Positions 21,610 through 31,670 of a stretch of DNA of 64,000 nt are shown here, one piece after another. Under the pieces are notes generated by a model, which searched no databases, was not told where the DNA came from, and was given only the letters and a program-made list of their open reading frames with translations. The position numbers and the translations under genes were made by a program. Numbering within the stretch: the first letter of the stretch is position 1; the number at the start of each line of letters is the position of its first letter. The stretch is from an uncultured Bacteriovoracaceae bacterium (GTDB taxonomy: Bacteria > Bdellovibrionota > Bacteriovoracia > Bacteriovoracales > Bacteriovoracaceae), in NCBI GenBank assembly GCA_964012805.1, contig CAXGUD010000017.1, forward strand, positions 20,892-84,891, in the 5' to 3' direction.

Positions 21610-22197
21610 ATGTCAAACCATATAACTTTTGGTCTTAAAGAAGCCGCGAAAACGCTTGATTCATTTATTAAAAACAAAGAAAACATCTTTCAACTAAATG
21701 AAGCCGTTAAGCAACTAGTCCTTACTTTCAGAGAAGGAAAGAGCGTCTTTAGCTGTGGAAATGGTGGTTCAATGTGCGATTCGATGCACTTTGCAGAAGA
21801 GCTCACTGGACGCTACAGAAAAAATAGAAAACCTTTACCGGCCACAGCTATAGCTGACCCAAGTCACTTGAGCTGTGTTGCCAATGATTTTGGTTATGAG
21901 GAGGTCTTTTCCAGGTATATAGAAGCCTGGGGAAGTGAGGGAGACTGCCTTCTAGCAATCTCAACAAGCGGAAATTCAAAAAATGTTATTCTTGCAACGG
22001 AAATTGCAAAACAAAAAAAGCTAAAAGTCATAGGTCTTCTTGGTAAGAGCGGTGGGGAATTAAGATCGTTGGTTGATTACCCCATAATTGTCGACTCGAA
22101 TATCACTGACCGTATTCAGGAAATTCACATCAAGATCATCCATCTAATGATTGAAGGTATCGAAAGAGAGTTATTCCCGGAAAATTATCAAGACTAA
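21610..22197 (+). CDS. gmhA: Phosphoheptose (sedoheptulose-7-phosphate) isomerase
   Basis: CGNGGS, HFAEELTGRY, ANDFGY, ISTSGNS, RIQEIH. Confidence 0.95.
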   Translation: MSNHITFGLKEAAKTLDSFIKNKENIFQLNEAVKQLVLTFREGKSVFSCGNGGSMCDSMHFAEELTGRYRKNRKPLPATAIADPSHLSCVANDFGYEEVFSRYIEAWGSEGDCLLAISTSGNSKNVILATEIAKQKKLKVIGLLGKSGGELRSLVDYPIIVDSNITDRIQEIHIKIIHLMIEGIERELFPENYQD

Positions 22198-22309
22198 GCT
22201 TCCTCAATCTTTAAGAAAATTAGGCAAATCCTTCCCCAAAAAAATAAATGGGGTTACATCAACTAAAATTTAAGAGAGTTCTCTAGTAACTATCATAAAA
22301 AAAGGTTGG

Positions 22310-22972
22310 ATGATGGGCGAATTGTCTCCTGATGAATTAATAAATAGGCTTGCGATCTTTTGGAAGGATGGTGGAGCTTTCATGTGGGCAATTCTCGCTG
22401 TTTGGACGTTTGGTTTGGCAATTTCACTAGAAAGATTTTTAAAACTGTCTTTAAAGTTTGATGTGGACGGTGCTTCTTTTATGAACGAAATTCAAAGATA
22501 CGTTCTATCTAACGATATTCAAGGTGCTATTAGAATTTGTTCCGGAACGGGTGCCATGCTTCCCAGAGTATTAAAGAGTGGTTTAAAAAGGGCGTCCCAA
22601 TCAATAAGTCAAATCCAAAATGCAGTAGATGCTACAGCCCTGGAGGTTATCCCTAGAATTGAGCTTAGATTGAATTATCTCAACTTAGTTGCCAACATCT
22701 CAACATTAATTGGGTTACTTGGCACTATTCAAGGCCTTATTAACTCATTCGCTGCAGTCGCTTCTGCAGATCCAACACAAAAATCACAGTTGTTAACTCA
22801 AGGGATTTCAACCGCTATGAACACAACCTACTTTGGGCTTGTATCAGCAATAAGTATGATGATAATTCATACTTATCTCACTTCTAAATCAGATAAAATA
22901 ATCAATGAAATAGATGAATATTCTGTAAAGCTATTGGACTTTTTGGGAACAAAAAAACAGAAAATATCTTAA
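22310..22972 (+). CDS. MotA/TolQ/ExbB proton-channel protein (AglR-like)
   Basis: Three TM segments; STLIGLLGTIQGLI and GISTAMNTTYFGL. Confidence 0.92.
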   Translation: MMGELSPDELINRLAIFWKDGGAFMWAILAVWTFGLAISLERFLKLSLKFDVDGASFMNEIQRYVLSNDIQGAIRICSGTGAMLPRVLKSGLKRASQSISQIQNAVDATALEVIPRIELRLNYLNLVANISTLIGLLGTIQGLINSFAAVASADPTQKSQLLTQGISTAMNTTYFGLVSAISMMIIHTYLTSKSDKIINEIDEYSVKLLDFLGTKKQKIS

Positions 22973-22978
22973 ATTATT

Positions 22979-23503
22979 ATGTATAAAAAACCAAGCAAGC
23001 GTAAAAAGAAAGTCCTTCCAGGCAAACCGAATCTAACCCCACTACTGGATGCAATTTTTATTTTTATTTTTTTCCTACTTTTCTCTTCAGATTTAAAGCA
23101 AATATTTGAAATCCCTATAGATGTGCCAATAATTTCTGAAAGTGATAGTACAAAATCAGATGAAGAACCACTAGGTTTAACACTTCAGTTGAAAGAATCT
23201 TCACTGACTTTATTATCAGGTGCTCCACTAAAAACAATTAAGGATATAAAGAATAAAGAAGACAACACCTATGACTTAGAGGAATTGCATAGGACATTAA
23301 TAGCAATCAAAAAAAAGCATAAAAAAGAAAAAACTATCATAATAGATCCAATTTTCAACTTGGAATATGAAAAGCTTATAAAAGTTCTAGACAATATAAG
23401 ATATTTTAGAAACACAGATGAGTCGGTTTATATAAACGATAAAGAAAACGGTGAAATTAAAATAAAAGAGCTATTTAACAAAATAATTTTTGAAAAGGTT
23501 TAG
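22979..23503 (+). CDS. ExbD/TolR-family protein (AglQ-like)
   Basis: NLTPLLDAIFIFIFFLL TM with the conserved Asp; YEKLIKVLD. Confidence 0.88.
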   Translation: MYKKPSKRKKKVLPGKPNLTPLLDAIFIFIFFLLFSSDLKQIFEIPIDVPIISESDSTKSDEEPLGLTLQLKESSLTLLSGAPLKTIKDIKNKEDNTYDLEELHRTLIAIKKKHKKEKTIIIDPIFNLEYEKLIKVLDNIRYFRNTDESVYINDKENGEIKIKELFNKIIFEKV

Positions 23504-23513
23504 ATAAAATTTT

Positions 23514-24026
23514 ATGTCATCAAACAAATCATTAAGAAGAAAATTTTCAAGAAAAACAAGATCATCCTTTGATGTAGACATAACATCACTTTTGGATATC
23601 CTAATAATTTTATTGTTTTTTCTATTAAAAAACTATAATACTACAGGTGTTCTACAATCTATTCCAAAAGAAATAGCTCTACCTTTTTCTGAGTCCAGCA
23701 CGCCAAGCTTTAACGGCATCCTAGTACAAGCTTCAAAAAACTCTATTTGGGTGGATGAGAAAAAGGTTTATGAAAATAAAGATAAAACTAAAGAAAATAA
23801 TTTTCCACTTGTTGCTGGAGAAATTATACCTCTTTATGATGAGCTAGTTAAAAAAAGAGAAAAGATTCAACAACTAGAAGAAGTAACGAAAGAAGCACAA
23901 AAATTTACAGGGCTCGTATCTTTGGTAGTGGAAAAATCATTAAGGTATAGTGAAGTAAAAAAGTTAATGGCCACTTGTGCAAATGCAGGTTTCATGAAAT
24001 TTAAACTATCAGTTAACTCTTTCTAA
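23514..24026 (+). CDS. ExbD/TolR-family protein (AglS-like)
   Basis: DITSLLDILIILLFFLLK TM with the conserved Asp; YSEVKKLMATCANAGF. Confidence 0.88.
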   Translation: MSSNKSLRRKFSRKTRSSFDVDITSLLDILIILLFFLLKNYNTTGVLQSIPKEIALPFSESSTPSFNGILVQASKNSIWVDEKKVYENKDKTKENNFPLVAGEIIPLYDELVKKREKIQQLEEVTKEAQKFTGLVSLVVEKSLRYSEVKKLMATCANAGFMKFKLSVNSF

Positions 24027-24083
24027 TAATCTTTTATATAAATTTTTTATTACTATTGTGAGAGGTATAAAATAATCAATATT

Positions 24084-26078
24084 TTATTTACCTAAAACTC
24101 TACCCTGAAAATTTAAAGGCTGATTAATCTCGACAACACCGCCTCCTTCAGGGGGTGGAAATTGAATTCCTCTTAAGACATTTAAAGCGCATCGTTTTAT
24201 TTTTTTAGGAATAAAACTTCCCTGATTCAATATACCTGCTTTTTTAACAAAACCTGAAGCACCTATACGGAAGTTAAATAATATTATTCCATTGAATTTT
24301 TTAGCATTTTTTTCAAGGATTTGCTGATAACAATGCTTGAACTGAGGGATATGAGCAGCAAGAATTTTCCTGGCCAAACCAGGATCATAATTACCGAGGA
24401 TAACAGTTTTAGAAGGGAAATTTGCAAGGCTTATACCCTTTTTAGAAACCAAACCATCTACACCTGTTGAGGTGTCTAAGGTACCGGACTCGCTACCACT
24501 CAAGTCACCTATATCATCCTTGACTTTCATATTTTTTATCCCACCAGTATCCCCGCTAGTTTTAATACCAGAAAAACCTATACCGTCCTTGTAACTTTTC
24601 TTGATTTTAGAAACTTTGGTACTACCACCTTTTACAAGTAGTTTATTTACAGTAGAGTCGAAATTAAATTTTGAGCTGTCAAAAACTTTAAGACGTCCTT
24701 TTGATTTTTTGGGTTTAGAAACGATATTTTTGGCCTTTTTAAATTGAGTTTTTTTCTTATCAACTTTATTACTAACCTTAATTTTATTTTTAACTTTTTT
24801 AGACTTAGAAGCATTCGCTTTAATTATTTTTTTTGGCTTTGGAATTGGAATAATTTTTTTCTTTTTGGAAACTTTTTCTGTTTTAATCTCAACCTTTTTT
24901 ACATCTTTTACAATATTTTCTAATTGCTTAGCTTTCATTGGCTTAACTGGCTTAGGTTTTTTTTCAACAATAGGTTCTTTTTTAGGTTTAGGTTTTCTAA
25001 GAATAGTGGCCACAATTTTTGGAATTTTTTCTTCTTTTACTTCTTTATTAATTTCCACATTAACAATGAGAATAGAAAATAAAAGCATGAAAATAGTCAG
25101 TAGAATGAGCGTTTTCTTTAGCCCCTTATCTTTTGAGAAAAATGGAGCTGACAAAACCTTAGGAGGAGATTTAGAATATCTTAAAAATATTTGTATATTA
25201 TCTTTATACATCCTTGCAATATCATTTTCATTTAATTTTATTTTATCAGTACTTACGAGACCTGTATTTTCATCACCTAAATGAAAAAACTTAAAACCTG
25301 GCAATTTATTAATAAATATATCATTCGATTTTCTTTCAATTAAGCGGTGTTTTTTATTTTTTGGAAGAATCGGAAATTCTTTTTCATTATTTTTATTTTT
25401 AGAATATCCAACTAAAGTAAATCTTTTTTTGGATATATTAAAATAGTTAACAGAATAAATATCTTCATTATTTAAAACTGTAACCTCAATGCTTTTTTTA
25501 TTTTTGGAATAATCAAAAATATTTAATAAATCATCAGTATTTTCAAAAATATACTCGGTGAAGGATGCCTTTGAATCTTTATCTAAAGGGAACTTTATAA
25601 TATCAACATCTTTTTTCTTTTTAAAAATTTTGATTTTTTTCTTTTTTCCTTGTGCTTTAGCCGTTTCTTTTTCTTTAGCCTCGTCCTTTCTCTTTACATA
25701 AGGAAGGTCCTCTGGAACATCAACAAGTGGATCAATCATCTCTAAAGGAGGTGGCAAATCTTCTCTTTCAAATTTCTTAACCTCAAACTTATAATTCGAA
25801 AAGGCTATAAAATCACCTAATTGAAAAGCATCATGGATTATTTTTTTATCATTTATATACGTCCCACTCCTGGAATTCATATCATATATCTTAAATTCGT
25901 TACCATGAATTTCTATTACCGAGTGTATAGGTGAAATATCATCATGAGGAAGAACTATATCACACGTATCGGAATGACCTATAACAATCCTGTCTTTTTT
26001 AAGGACAAAACAGTAATTAAGACTTTCCGAATTAACTAATTTTAATTCATAATAAACTTGATTCATTTCCAAAGCCAT
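24084..26078 (-). CDS. FHA domain + TM + C-terminal TonB-C-like (AgmX/PglI) protein, GltG-like
   Basis: FHA (IGHSDTCDI, ISPIHS, DMNSRSGTYIN), one TM, Lys/Pro-rich linker, Gly-rich stretch, and FKHCYQ...RCALNVLRGIQFPPPEGGGVVEINQPLNF. Confidence 0.85.
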   Translation of the reverse strand: MALEMNQVYYELKLVNSESLNYCFVLKKDRIVIGHSDTCDIVLPHDDISPIHSVIEIHGNEFKIYDMNSRSGTYINDKKIIHDAFQLGDFIAFSNYKFEVKKFEREDLPPPLEMIDPLVDVPEDLPYVKRKDEAKEKETAKAQGKKKKIKIFKKKKDVDIIKFPLDKDSKASFTEYIFENTDDLLNIFDYSKNKKSIEVTVLNNEDIYSVNYFNISKKRFTLVGYSKNKNNEKEFPILPKNKKHRLIERKSNDIFINKLPGFKFFHLGDENTGLVSTDKIKLNENDIARMYKDNIQIFLRYSKSPPKVLSAPFFSKDKGLKKTLILLTIFMLLFSILIVNVEINKEVKEEKIPKIVATILRKPKPKKEPIVEKKPKPVKPMKAKQLENIVKDVKKVEIKTEKVSKKKKIIPIPKPKKIIKANASKSKKVKNKIKVSNKVDKKKTQFKKAKNIVSKPKKSKGRLKVFDSSKFNFDSTVNKLLVKGGSTKVSKIKKSYKDGIGFSGIKTSGDTGGIKNMKVKDDIGDLSGSESGTLDTSTGVDGLVSKKGISLANFPSKTVILGNYDPGLARKILAAHIPQFKHCYQQILEKNAKKFNGIILFNFRIGASGFVKKAGILNQGSFIPKKIKRCALNVLRGIQFPPPEGGGVVEINQPLNFQGRVLGK

Positions 26079-26094
26079 TAAATCTATTACGCCT

Positions 26095-26367
26095 TCATCT
26101 TAATCTCTCAATTGATCTTTTGATTTCAAGATTAAAGTTTTTTCTATATGGAAGAATATTTTTAAATTTTTTTTCGTAACGAGGTAAAATAGAAAGTTCA
26201 CTAGGTGAATTTACTTCACCTTCAATAACTAAGTCTTCAAAATCAAATTTTTCGTATTTTTTATACTTGAATTCTACTTTACTTTCTTGAGCAATTGATT
26301 CTCTTAAAAAAGAAAAAAATAATAGAAAAACTATAAAAATAGGATTATTTCTTCTTATTTTTTTCAC
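26095..26367 (-). CDS. Small exported protein, CglF/GltF-like
   Basis: Signal peptide then YKKYEKFDFEDLVIEGE...P...RKNF; lies between the GltE-like and GltG-like genes. Confidence 0.75.
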   Translation of the reverse strand: MKKIRRNNPIFIVFLLFFSFLRESIAQESKVEFKYKKYEKFDFEDLVIEGEVNSPSELSILPRYEKKFKNILPYRKNFNLEIKRSIERLR

Positions 26368-27332
26368 TTTAACCTCACAAAGTCGAACATCCTTCTTGCG
26401 TACTTAGTTTGAAAATTAGCTTTAGAGCCTGATATTAACCTGCTAATTTCAGCAGTTTTACCCATTAATTTTAAAGAAAGTAGATAATGAACGAATGGTA
26501 TTTCGTCTTTATAAAAATCTATCTTTAAATTTTTATAAACATTATAAGCTTCTTTTGGTTTATCATTAAAAAGAAGACAAGTACCATAGCCATGTCCTAT
26601 ATCTTTGTTTAAGGGATCCTCAGAATACAAATTCATGAAAACAGGACATGCTTTATGAATAAGATTGAATCTCAATAAAACTTGGGCTTTATTTAGTATT
26701 GGAGTAATAGAGAAAGAGTTTACTTTTGAACTTTTGTTAAAAAAATTAAAAGCTCTCTTATAAAGCTTTCTTTGATTACTAAGAACACCCAAATTATTTA
26801 TAGAAGGAGCAAACTTTTTGTCTAAGCTTAGAGCCTTATTTAAATAAAGATCAGACTTTCTTTTTTCACCTGAAAGGAAGTAGCAAATTGCAAGTGAGTT
26901 CCAATACCTTGCTTCTTTTTTATATTTGAAAAATATTTTATCTAATATATCAAAACCATTTTTATATTTTTTTTGATAACATAAAACCAAGGACAAACCG
27001 ATTGGATCCCTCATTTCTTTTTTTATTCGCGACAACTCTACTCTTGAAAAGAGATTAAGAGTTTCACCAGACAATAAATCTTTCTTTGAAAGTGAGTTGC
27101 TATAAAAATCTAATTCCTTATTAATCTTTTTAACATTTATTTTTTTGAAATTTACCGAGCCTATCTTATAAGGATTAAACACACGACTTCTTTCAACCTT
27201 ATTTGAAATAAATATGTCTTCTTTTTGTAAATTTTTAGTTTTATTTTCAATATTTGTTTTTTTCTTATTTTTCTTAGAGGCACAAGAAAAAACAATAAAG
27301 GAAAGAAAAAACAAAATAATTAAATTTCTCAA
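26364..27332 (-). CDS. TPR lipoprotein, GltE (AglT)-like
   Basis: Lipobox VFSC at Cys17; TPR patterns (YWNSLAICY, INNLGVL, ILNKAQVL); TTG start overlapping the upstream stop. Confidence 0.8.
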   Translation of the reverse strand: MRNLIILFFLSFIVFSCASKKNKKKTNIENKTKNLQKEDIFISNKVERSRVFNPYKIGSVNFKKINVKKINKELDFYSNSLSKKDLLSGETLNLFSRVELSRIKKEMRDPIGLSLVLCYQKKYKNGFDILDKIFFKYKKEARYWNSLAICYFLSGEKRKSDLYLNKALSLDKKFAPSINNLGVLSNQRKLYKRAFNFFNKSSKVNSFSITPILNKAQVLLRFNLIHKACPVFMNLYSEDPLNKDIGHGYGTCLLFNDKPKEAYNVYKNLKIDFYKDEIPFVHYLLSLKLMGKTAEISRLISGSKANFQTKYARRMFDFVRLK

Positions 27333-30205
27333 TTTCTACCCCTCCTGTCCATCAATATCCCATTTTTTAAAGGATAATATTTTAAATTAAGAAGGTTCAT
27401 TTTTGGAGAAACAAGAACTTTATAGTTATCCTCTGTAAGAATATTATTACTCAAAATCTTAGACTTAGCTTCTTCCTCAAAATCTGACGCTTTTCTAATT
27501 AAAGGGATCCTCAACTTATTCATGCTGTTTTTAAATGAGTCAATGTACTCCAAAGACTTTCCTGTTGGTTCGAATGCTTCAATTTCTCTAATAAATCTTT
27601 TATAAATTTTTATTAAAATATGATACCCAGAAACAATTCCAACGCTCGACCCTATGTTCATTAAATTTATACTAGATGATGTTATAGTATCTAACATTTT
27701 CAACTTAGACTTAAGTGCTCTATTAAAAACTTCTTCAGGGAAAACCAATTTAATTCGATCAAACTTTTTAACCTGTTCATCTATTTCTTTTTTTAAAATT
27801 TTACTCACTGAATTTAAACTTTCTAAGGGAATAGGCTTTCCTTTTTGTGATAGTCTTTTAAAGACCTTTATCACTTTTGACTTCATACTGTTTGCTTTTT
27901 CAAAACGTCCAGCTTTTTTAAAACTTACACTAAGCTTTTCAAAATAAAACAGTAATGACGGCAATATATTTTGGTTATCGGAAAATTTATTTAAATACTT
28001 TTCTAAATAATTAAGTAAGTTATTTTCATAAAAATACTTTATTAATTCTAGCTTAATAAAATTGGCGCTCTTTCCATCAGCTTTACACCGTTTGGCCCAG
28101 GACAAAATTTCTATGACCTTCCTATGGTTACCTTCACTTAAATAAATCAAGGAAGCGTTTTTAAGTAATGAGTCTTTATTGTTTGACTTAGTAAAACATG
28201 CCTTTTTAAAAATACTAAAATATAAGTCTGAAGATTCTTTGAAAAATCTCCTTTCAAATAAACTGTCAGCAATTTGTATTGCGACTTTTTCAAATTTAAA
28301 AATTTCTTTTCTTTTTACAAACTTAAAAGACTGCTTCATCCAATAATAGGCTCTTCTTAAATCTTTACCTTCATAAAAAAGAATTGAAGCATTGATAGCG
28401 CTATTTTTTCTACTTTCAACGTCTTTGGGAGATTTTTTATAGATACTTAAATAGCCCTTTAAAGCCTCTATTTTATTTCCTTTTACTGCGTCTTTTTCAA
28501 CACGTGAAAATTTTAGATTAAGAAACAAAAGTCGAACTTTTTTAAGCAGTCTTTCACTCACACGAAATTCTTTATTTCGAATTTTACTTGCCCAAAAGAA
28601 GAGAGCCTTGTCATTTTTATTTTTTTTATAAAATGTCATCATCTGGGTTAACATTAACTCTTGTTCTTTAAGAGAGTCTGGAAAGTTCGATCGATAACTT
28701 AAAAAGATATCTTCACATTGATTAAGTTTTTTATTTCTCAAATAAATTGAAAAAAGACGTTGATGAGATATATTACTTCTCTTAGATTTTGGTTCCACTA
28801 AAATAATACTTTTAAAGCCGAGTTTATTAAGTTCTTCCTTTTCTTTCTTATTAACTTTAATTTTCTTTAATGAGGCTAAATAACCTTCTAATGATTTTTT
28901 AAACACTGAATTATTTTTAGGTTTTTCTGTCGTCAAAATGATTGTCTTATAATTAGAAAGCGATTTTTTGTAAAATTTAAAGGAGTACAGCATTTCTCCA
29001 GCTAACATAATGTATTTATTTTTATTTTTAGAATCAACTCTAGAAAGCATTTTTAAATATTTAACAACTTGAATCATTTTTGATTTAAAGATTCTTTTAT
29101 TTTTCTTCTTTTTAATAAAAATTTGTTTTTGTAAAATACTCGTTACTTCTTTTAATTCATTTTTTAAGACCTCTTCCTGAAATGAATCAGTATATCCCTT
29201 CTCAAACTTTTTAAATAAACGTTCTATAACTTTTTGATGTTTTGAGTACTTACCAAATTTTTTATATATAACTAAAATATTGGTCTTTAACTTAACTCCT
29301 TTTTTACCATCATCTATATTTCTTAAACCATATTCTAATATTTTTTCAGCAGCAGTGTGTTTACCTTTATTAACAAGATATTTAGAAACTCTGACTATTT
29401 TATCTTCTAGGTTCCCACCTGTTCTTTTGTAAAATTTAATCACTTCATTAAATTTACCCGCCATTACATAAAAGTAAGCTATTTCTTTTTCTGCCCTAAA
29501 GGAGTTATCAATGAATTCTGGTTTTTTGCTTAATCTATAAACCTCTTTTATTATTTCTAGACCCTTGGCACTTTTATTTGTCATTAAATAGCACCAAGCC
29601 AAGTGATAGGCATCCTTGGTCCACCATTTATTCTTTTTGCCACTTAGTCCTAATTTATAATATTTTAAAGCTTGACTATATCTTTGTTTATTATAGTAAT
29701 ACTCTCCCAAGGTAATACTGGATCTTTTGTAAGTCTTAGATCCTTTTTTTGAAAGCTTAAAAACTTTTTTTATATTCGTATAGAATTTATTTGGTTCGCC
29801 TAGTTCTAAATAGACTTCTGAAATACCGTGATAAAAACTACCTTTCCCTGAATAATCTGGAAATTTCTTAAGACCAAAGTTAGCTACTTTTCTGGCCTTT
29901 ATAAAAAACTTCCTAGATCTTTTATAAAAAACCTTCTTATTAATTGTCCCTCTCTTCTTTGGAGAAATTTTTAGGTACTTATCGTTCTCTTTCTCCCGAA
30001 CTAGCTTACCCTTTTCTATAAAAACATACATTAATCTGACAAAAATAACGGGGTTTTCTCTTCCTACACTTTTGGTGAGCCTAATCATTTCTCCAATTTC
30101 TTGATCCAAAATTTTTAAATATGCATCTCTTCGATCTGAGTTTTCGGATCTAGTAATTAAAGAGAAAAATAAAGAAAAAGTAATAATTAAACATTTAAAC
30201 TTCAT
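27329..30205 (-). CDS. Large exported TPR protein, GltD (AgmU)-like
   Basis: Signal peptide, many TPR-like helices (LGEYYYN, AYHLAWCY), about 958 aa. ATG at 30205 overlaps the upstream stop; an alternative TTG lies at 30208. Confidence 0.78.
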   Translation of the reverse strand: MKFKCLIITFSLFFSLITRSENSDRRDAYLKILDQEIGEMIRLTKSVGRENPVIFVRLMYVFIEKGKLVREKENDKYLKISPKKRGTINKKVFYKRSRKFFIKARKVANFGLKKFPDYSGKGSFYHGISEVYLELGEPNKFYTNIKKVFKLSKKGSKTYKRSSITLGEYYYNKQRYSQALKYYKLGLSGKKNKWWTKDAYHLAWCYLMTNKSAKGLEIIKEVYRLSKKPEFIDNSFRAEKEIAYFYVMAGKFNEVIKFYKRTGGNLEDKIVRVSKYLVNKGKHTAAEKILEYGLRNIDDGKKGVKLKTNILVIYKKFGKYSKHQKVIERLFKKFEKGYTDSFQEEVLKNELKEVTSILQKQIFIKKKKNKRIFKSKMIQVVKYLKMLSRVDSKNKNKYIMLAGEMLYSFKFYKKSLSNYKTIILTTEKPKNNSVFKKSLEGYLASLKKIKVNKKEKEELNKLGFKSIILVEPKSKRSNISHQRLFSIYLRNKKLNQCEDIFLSYRSNFPDSLKEQELMLTQMMTFYKKNKNDKALFFWASKIRNKEFRVSERLLKKVRLLFLNLKFSRVEKDAVKGNKIEALKGYLSIYKKSPKDVESRKNSAINASILFYEGKDLRRAYYWMKQSFKFVKRKEIFKFEKVAIQIADSLFERRFFKESSDLYFSIFKKACFTKSNNKDSLLKNASLIYLSEGNHRKVIEILSWAKRCKADGKSANFIKLELIKYFYENNLLNYLEKYLNKFSDNQNILPSLLFYFEKLSVSFKKAGRFEKANSMKSKVIKVFKRLSQKGKPIPLESLNSVSKILKKEIDEQVKKFDRIKLVFPEEVFNRALKSKLKMLDTITSSSINLMNIGSSVGIVSGYHILIKIYKRFIREIEAFEPTGKSLEYIDSFKNSMNKLRIPLIRKASDFEEEAKSKILSNNILTEDNYKVLVSPKMNLLNLKYYPLKNGILMDRRGRN

Positions 30206-31647
30206 CAATTTTTACACTCTGACCTTAAGGCAAAGACATAGTCTCCCAATTCGTCAGCCCAAAATTCACGATTAAAACTCCAAAAATATTGCTTTTCATT
30301 TCTTTTTAAATATTTAACGTCCCCTCTTTTCTTTTCTAGAAAAGAATGATTATCATCACTTAATATTTGATTTCTTAACCTTGATAAAACTTCAAGCTTT
30401 ATATAGCTCATATCTGCTAAATTCTTTGTGATTAAATTAAAATAAAAGTCTATACTTTTTCTAAAATAAGCACCAATCAAATCTCTCTGAAGTATTAGAG
30501 ACTCTTTTATATTTGAAATCAAAAATTTTTTGAACTGTGAATTCTTAAGAGATTTAACTCTATTTAACTCGGCTCCGCCTTTATAAAACGAATCATACAT
30601 TTCCAAAAATGCTGGATCTCTAATGATAGACAAAAACATTTTGTTTAAAACTTTATCCCCCGACATCGTCCCATTAATCATCTTTTTAGCTAAAAGGTAA
30701 TATGATTTATATTTTTTTCCAAAGCTTAAAAGCATTTTCCTTAATTTTTCTAAAGGTTTTTCATAAATGAGATAAAACTTATCAACGGCTTTCTTGGAAT
30801 CTTCCCAAAGACACATTTCAAGGTAAGTCAAAGCTTCTAAAACATTTACTTCTGGATTAAATACATGACTGAAAACTGGAGCCTGATAAGTAACTAGTTT
30901 ACCTAGTGTCCTATTGAATTTTTTCTGATAAAAGCTTGACCAAGCCTCTTCAAATAAAATTTCTGGCCAAATATAGGAAGATTTATCTAAATCCAAATAA
31001 TAAAAAGATGATTTTTCGTAATCTTTTTTACCAAAAAATGATCTCGATATCCCTAACAAGCAAGAATCTCTATTAATTAAGAGTTGTCTTTTTTCCTTAT
31101 TTTCACTTACAGAACTTAAACGATTCTCACTCGAATTAACACACTCTTTAAATGCTTTTATTGCTTTTTCATAACTTCCATTCAAAGAAAGAATACTTCC
31201 CCTTAACATTAAAGAGTAAGGTTTTATGGGGTGTTCCTTTCTAATTACTCCTAGATCTAGAATATTTAAAGCTTTTTTATATAACTTCATTCTAAATAAC
31301 TTTCTAGCCAAAATATATCTAATATAAGGAGTCTTGCTTTTCATCAAAACCTTAAAAGGTAAGGATTCAAACTGCCTTACACCGACTTTTCCGATTACCT
31401 TGTCTAAAAGACTATCAAAGGAAGGAGATATCTTCTTTTTGTTATATAGAAGAGCTTCTTTAAGCAATGGGACTGATGAGAAATAATATTTTTCCTTAAC
31501 CAAGTTTCTAGCAATCTTGATAAAATATCGAACGCTACCTCTTTCTTTATTATAAAAATACTCTGCATTCTTCACAGAACAATAACTATTTTTAAAATAA
31601 AACAGCATAAGTAGTATTGATATATAAAAATGATTCTTTTTAAACAT
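30205..31647 (-). CDS. Exported TPR protein, GltC-like
   Basis: WPEILFEEAWSSF, LGKLVT..AP.F, and the C-terminal WSFNREFWADELGDYVFALRSEC motif typical of GltC-family ends. Confidence 0.82.
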   Translation of the reverse strand: MFKKNHFYISILLMLFYFKNSYCSVKNAEYFYNKERGSVRYFIKIARNLVKEKYYFSSVPLLKEALLYNKKKISPSFDSLLDKVIGKVGVRQFESLPFKVLMKSKTPYIRYILARKLFRMKLYKKALNILDLGVIRKEHPIKPYSLMLRGSILSLNGSYEKAIKAFKECVNSSENRLSSVSENKEKRQLLINRDSCLLGISRSFFGKKDYEKSSFYYLDLDKSSYIWPEILFEEAWSSFYQKKFNRTLGKLVTYQAPVFSHVFNPEVNVLEALTYLEMCLWEDSKKAVDKFYLIYEKPLEKLRKMLLSFGKKYKSYYLLAKKMINGTMSGDKVLNKMFLSIIRDPAFLEMYDSFYKGGAELNRVKSLKNSQFKKFLISNIKESLILQRDLIGAYFRKSIDFYFNLITKNLADMSYIKLEVLSRLRNQILSDDNHSFLEKKRGDVKYLKRNEKQYFWSFNREFWADELGDYVFALRSECKN

Positions 31648-31670
31648 TAAAGGGAGCTCACTTTTAACCT

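Noticed and set aside
22217..22229. AAATTAGGCAAA, which recurs in intergenic DNA near 63943
   Set aside because: Only two AT-rich copies with no symmetry; cannot be separated from chance without a genome-wide count.
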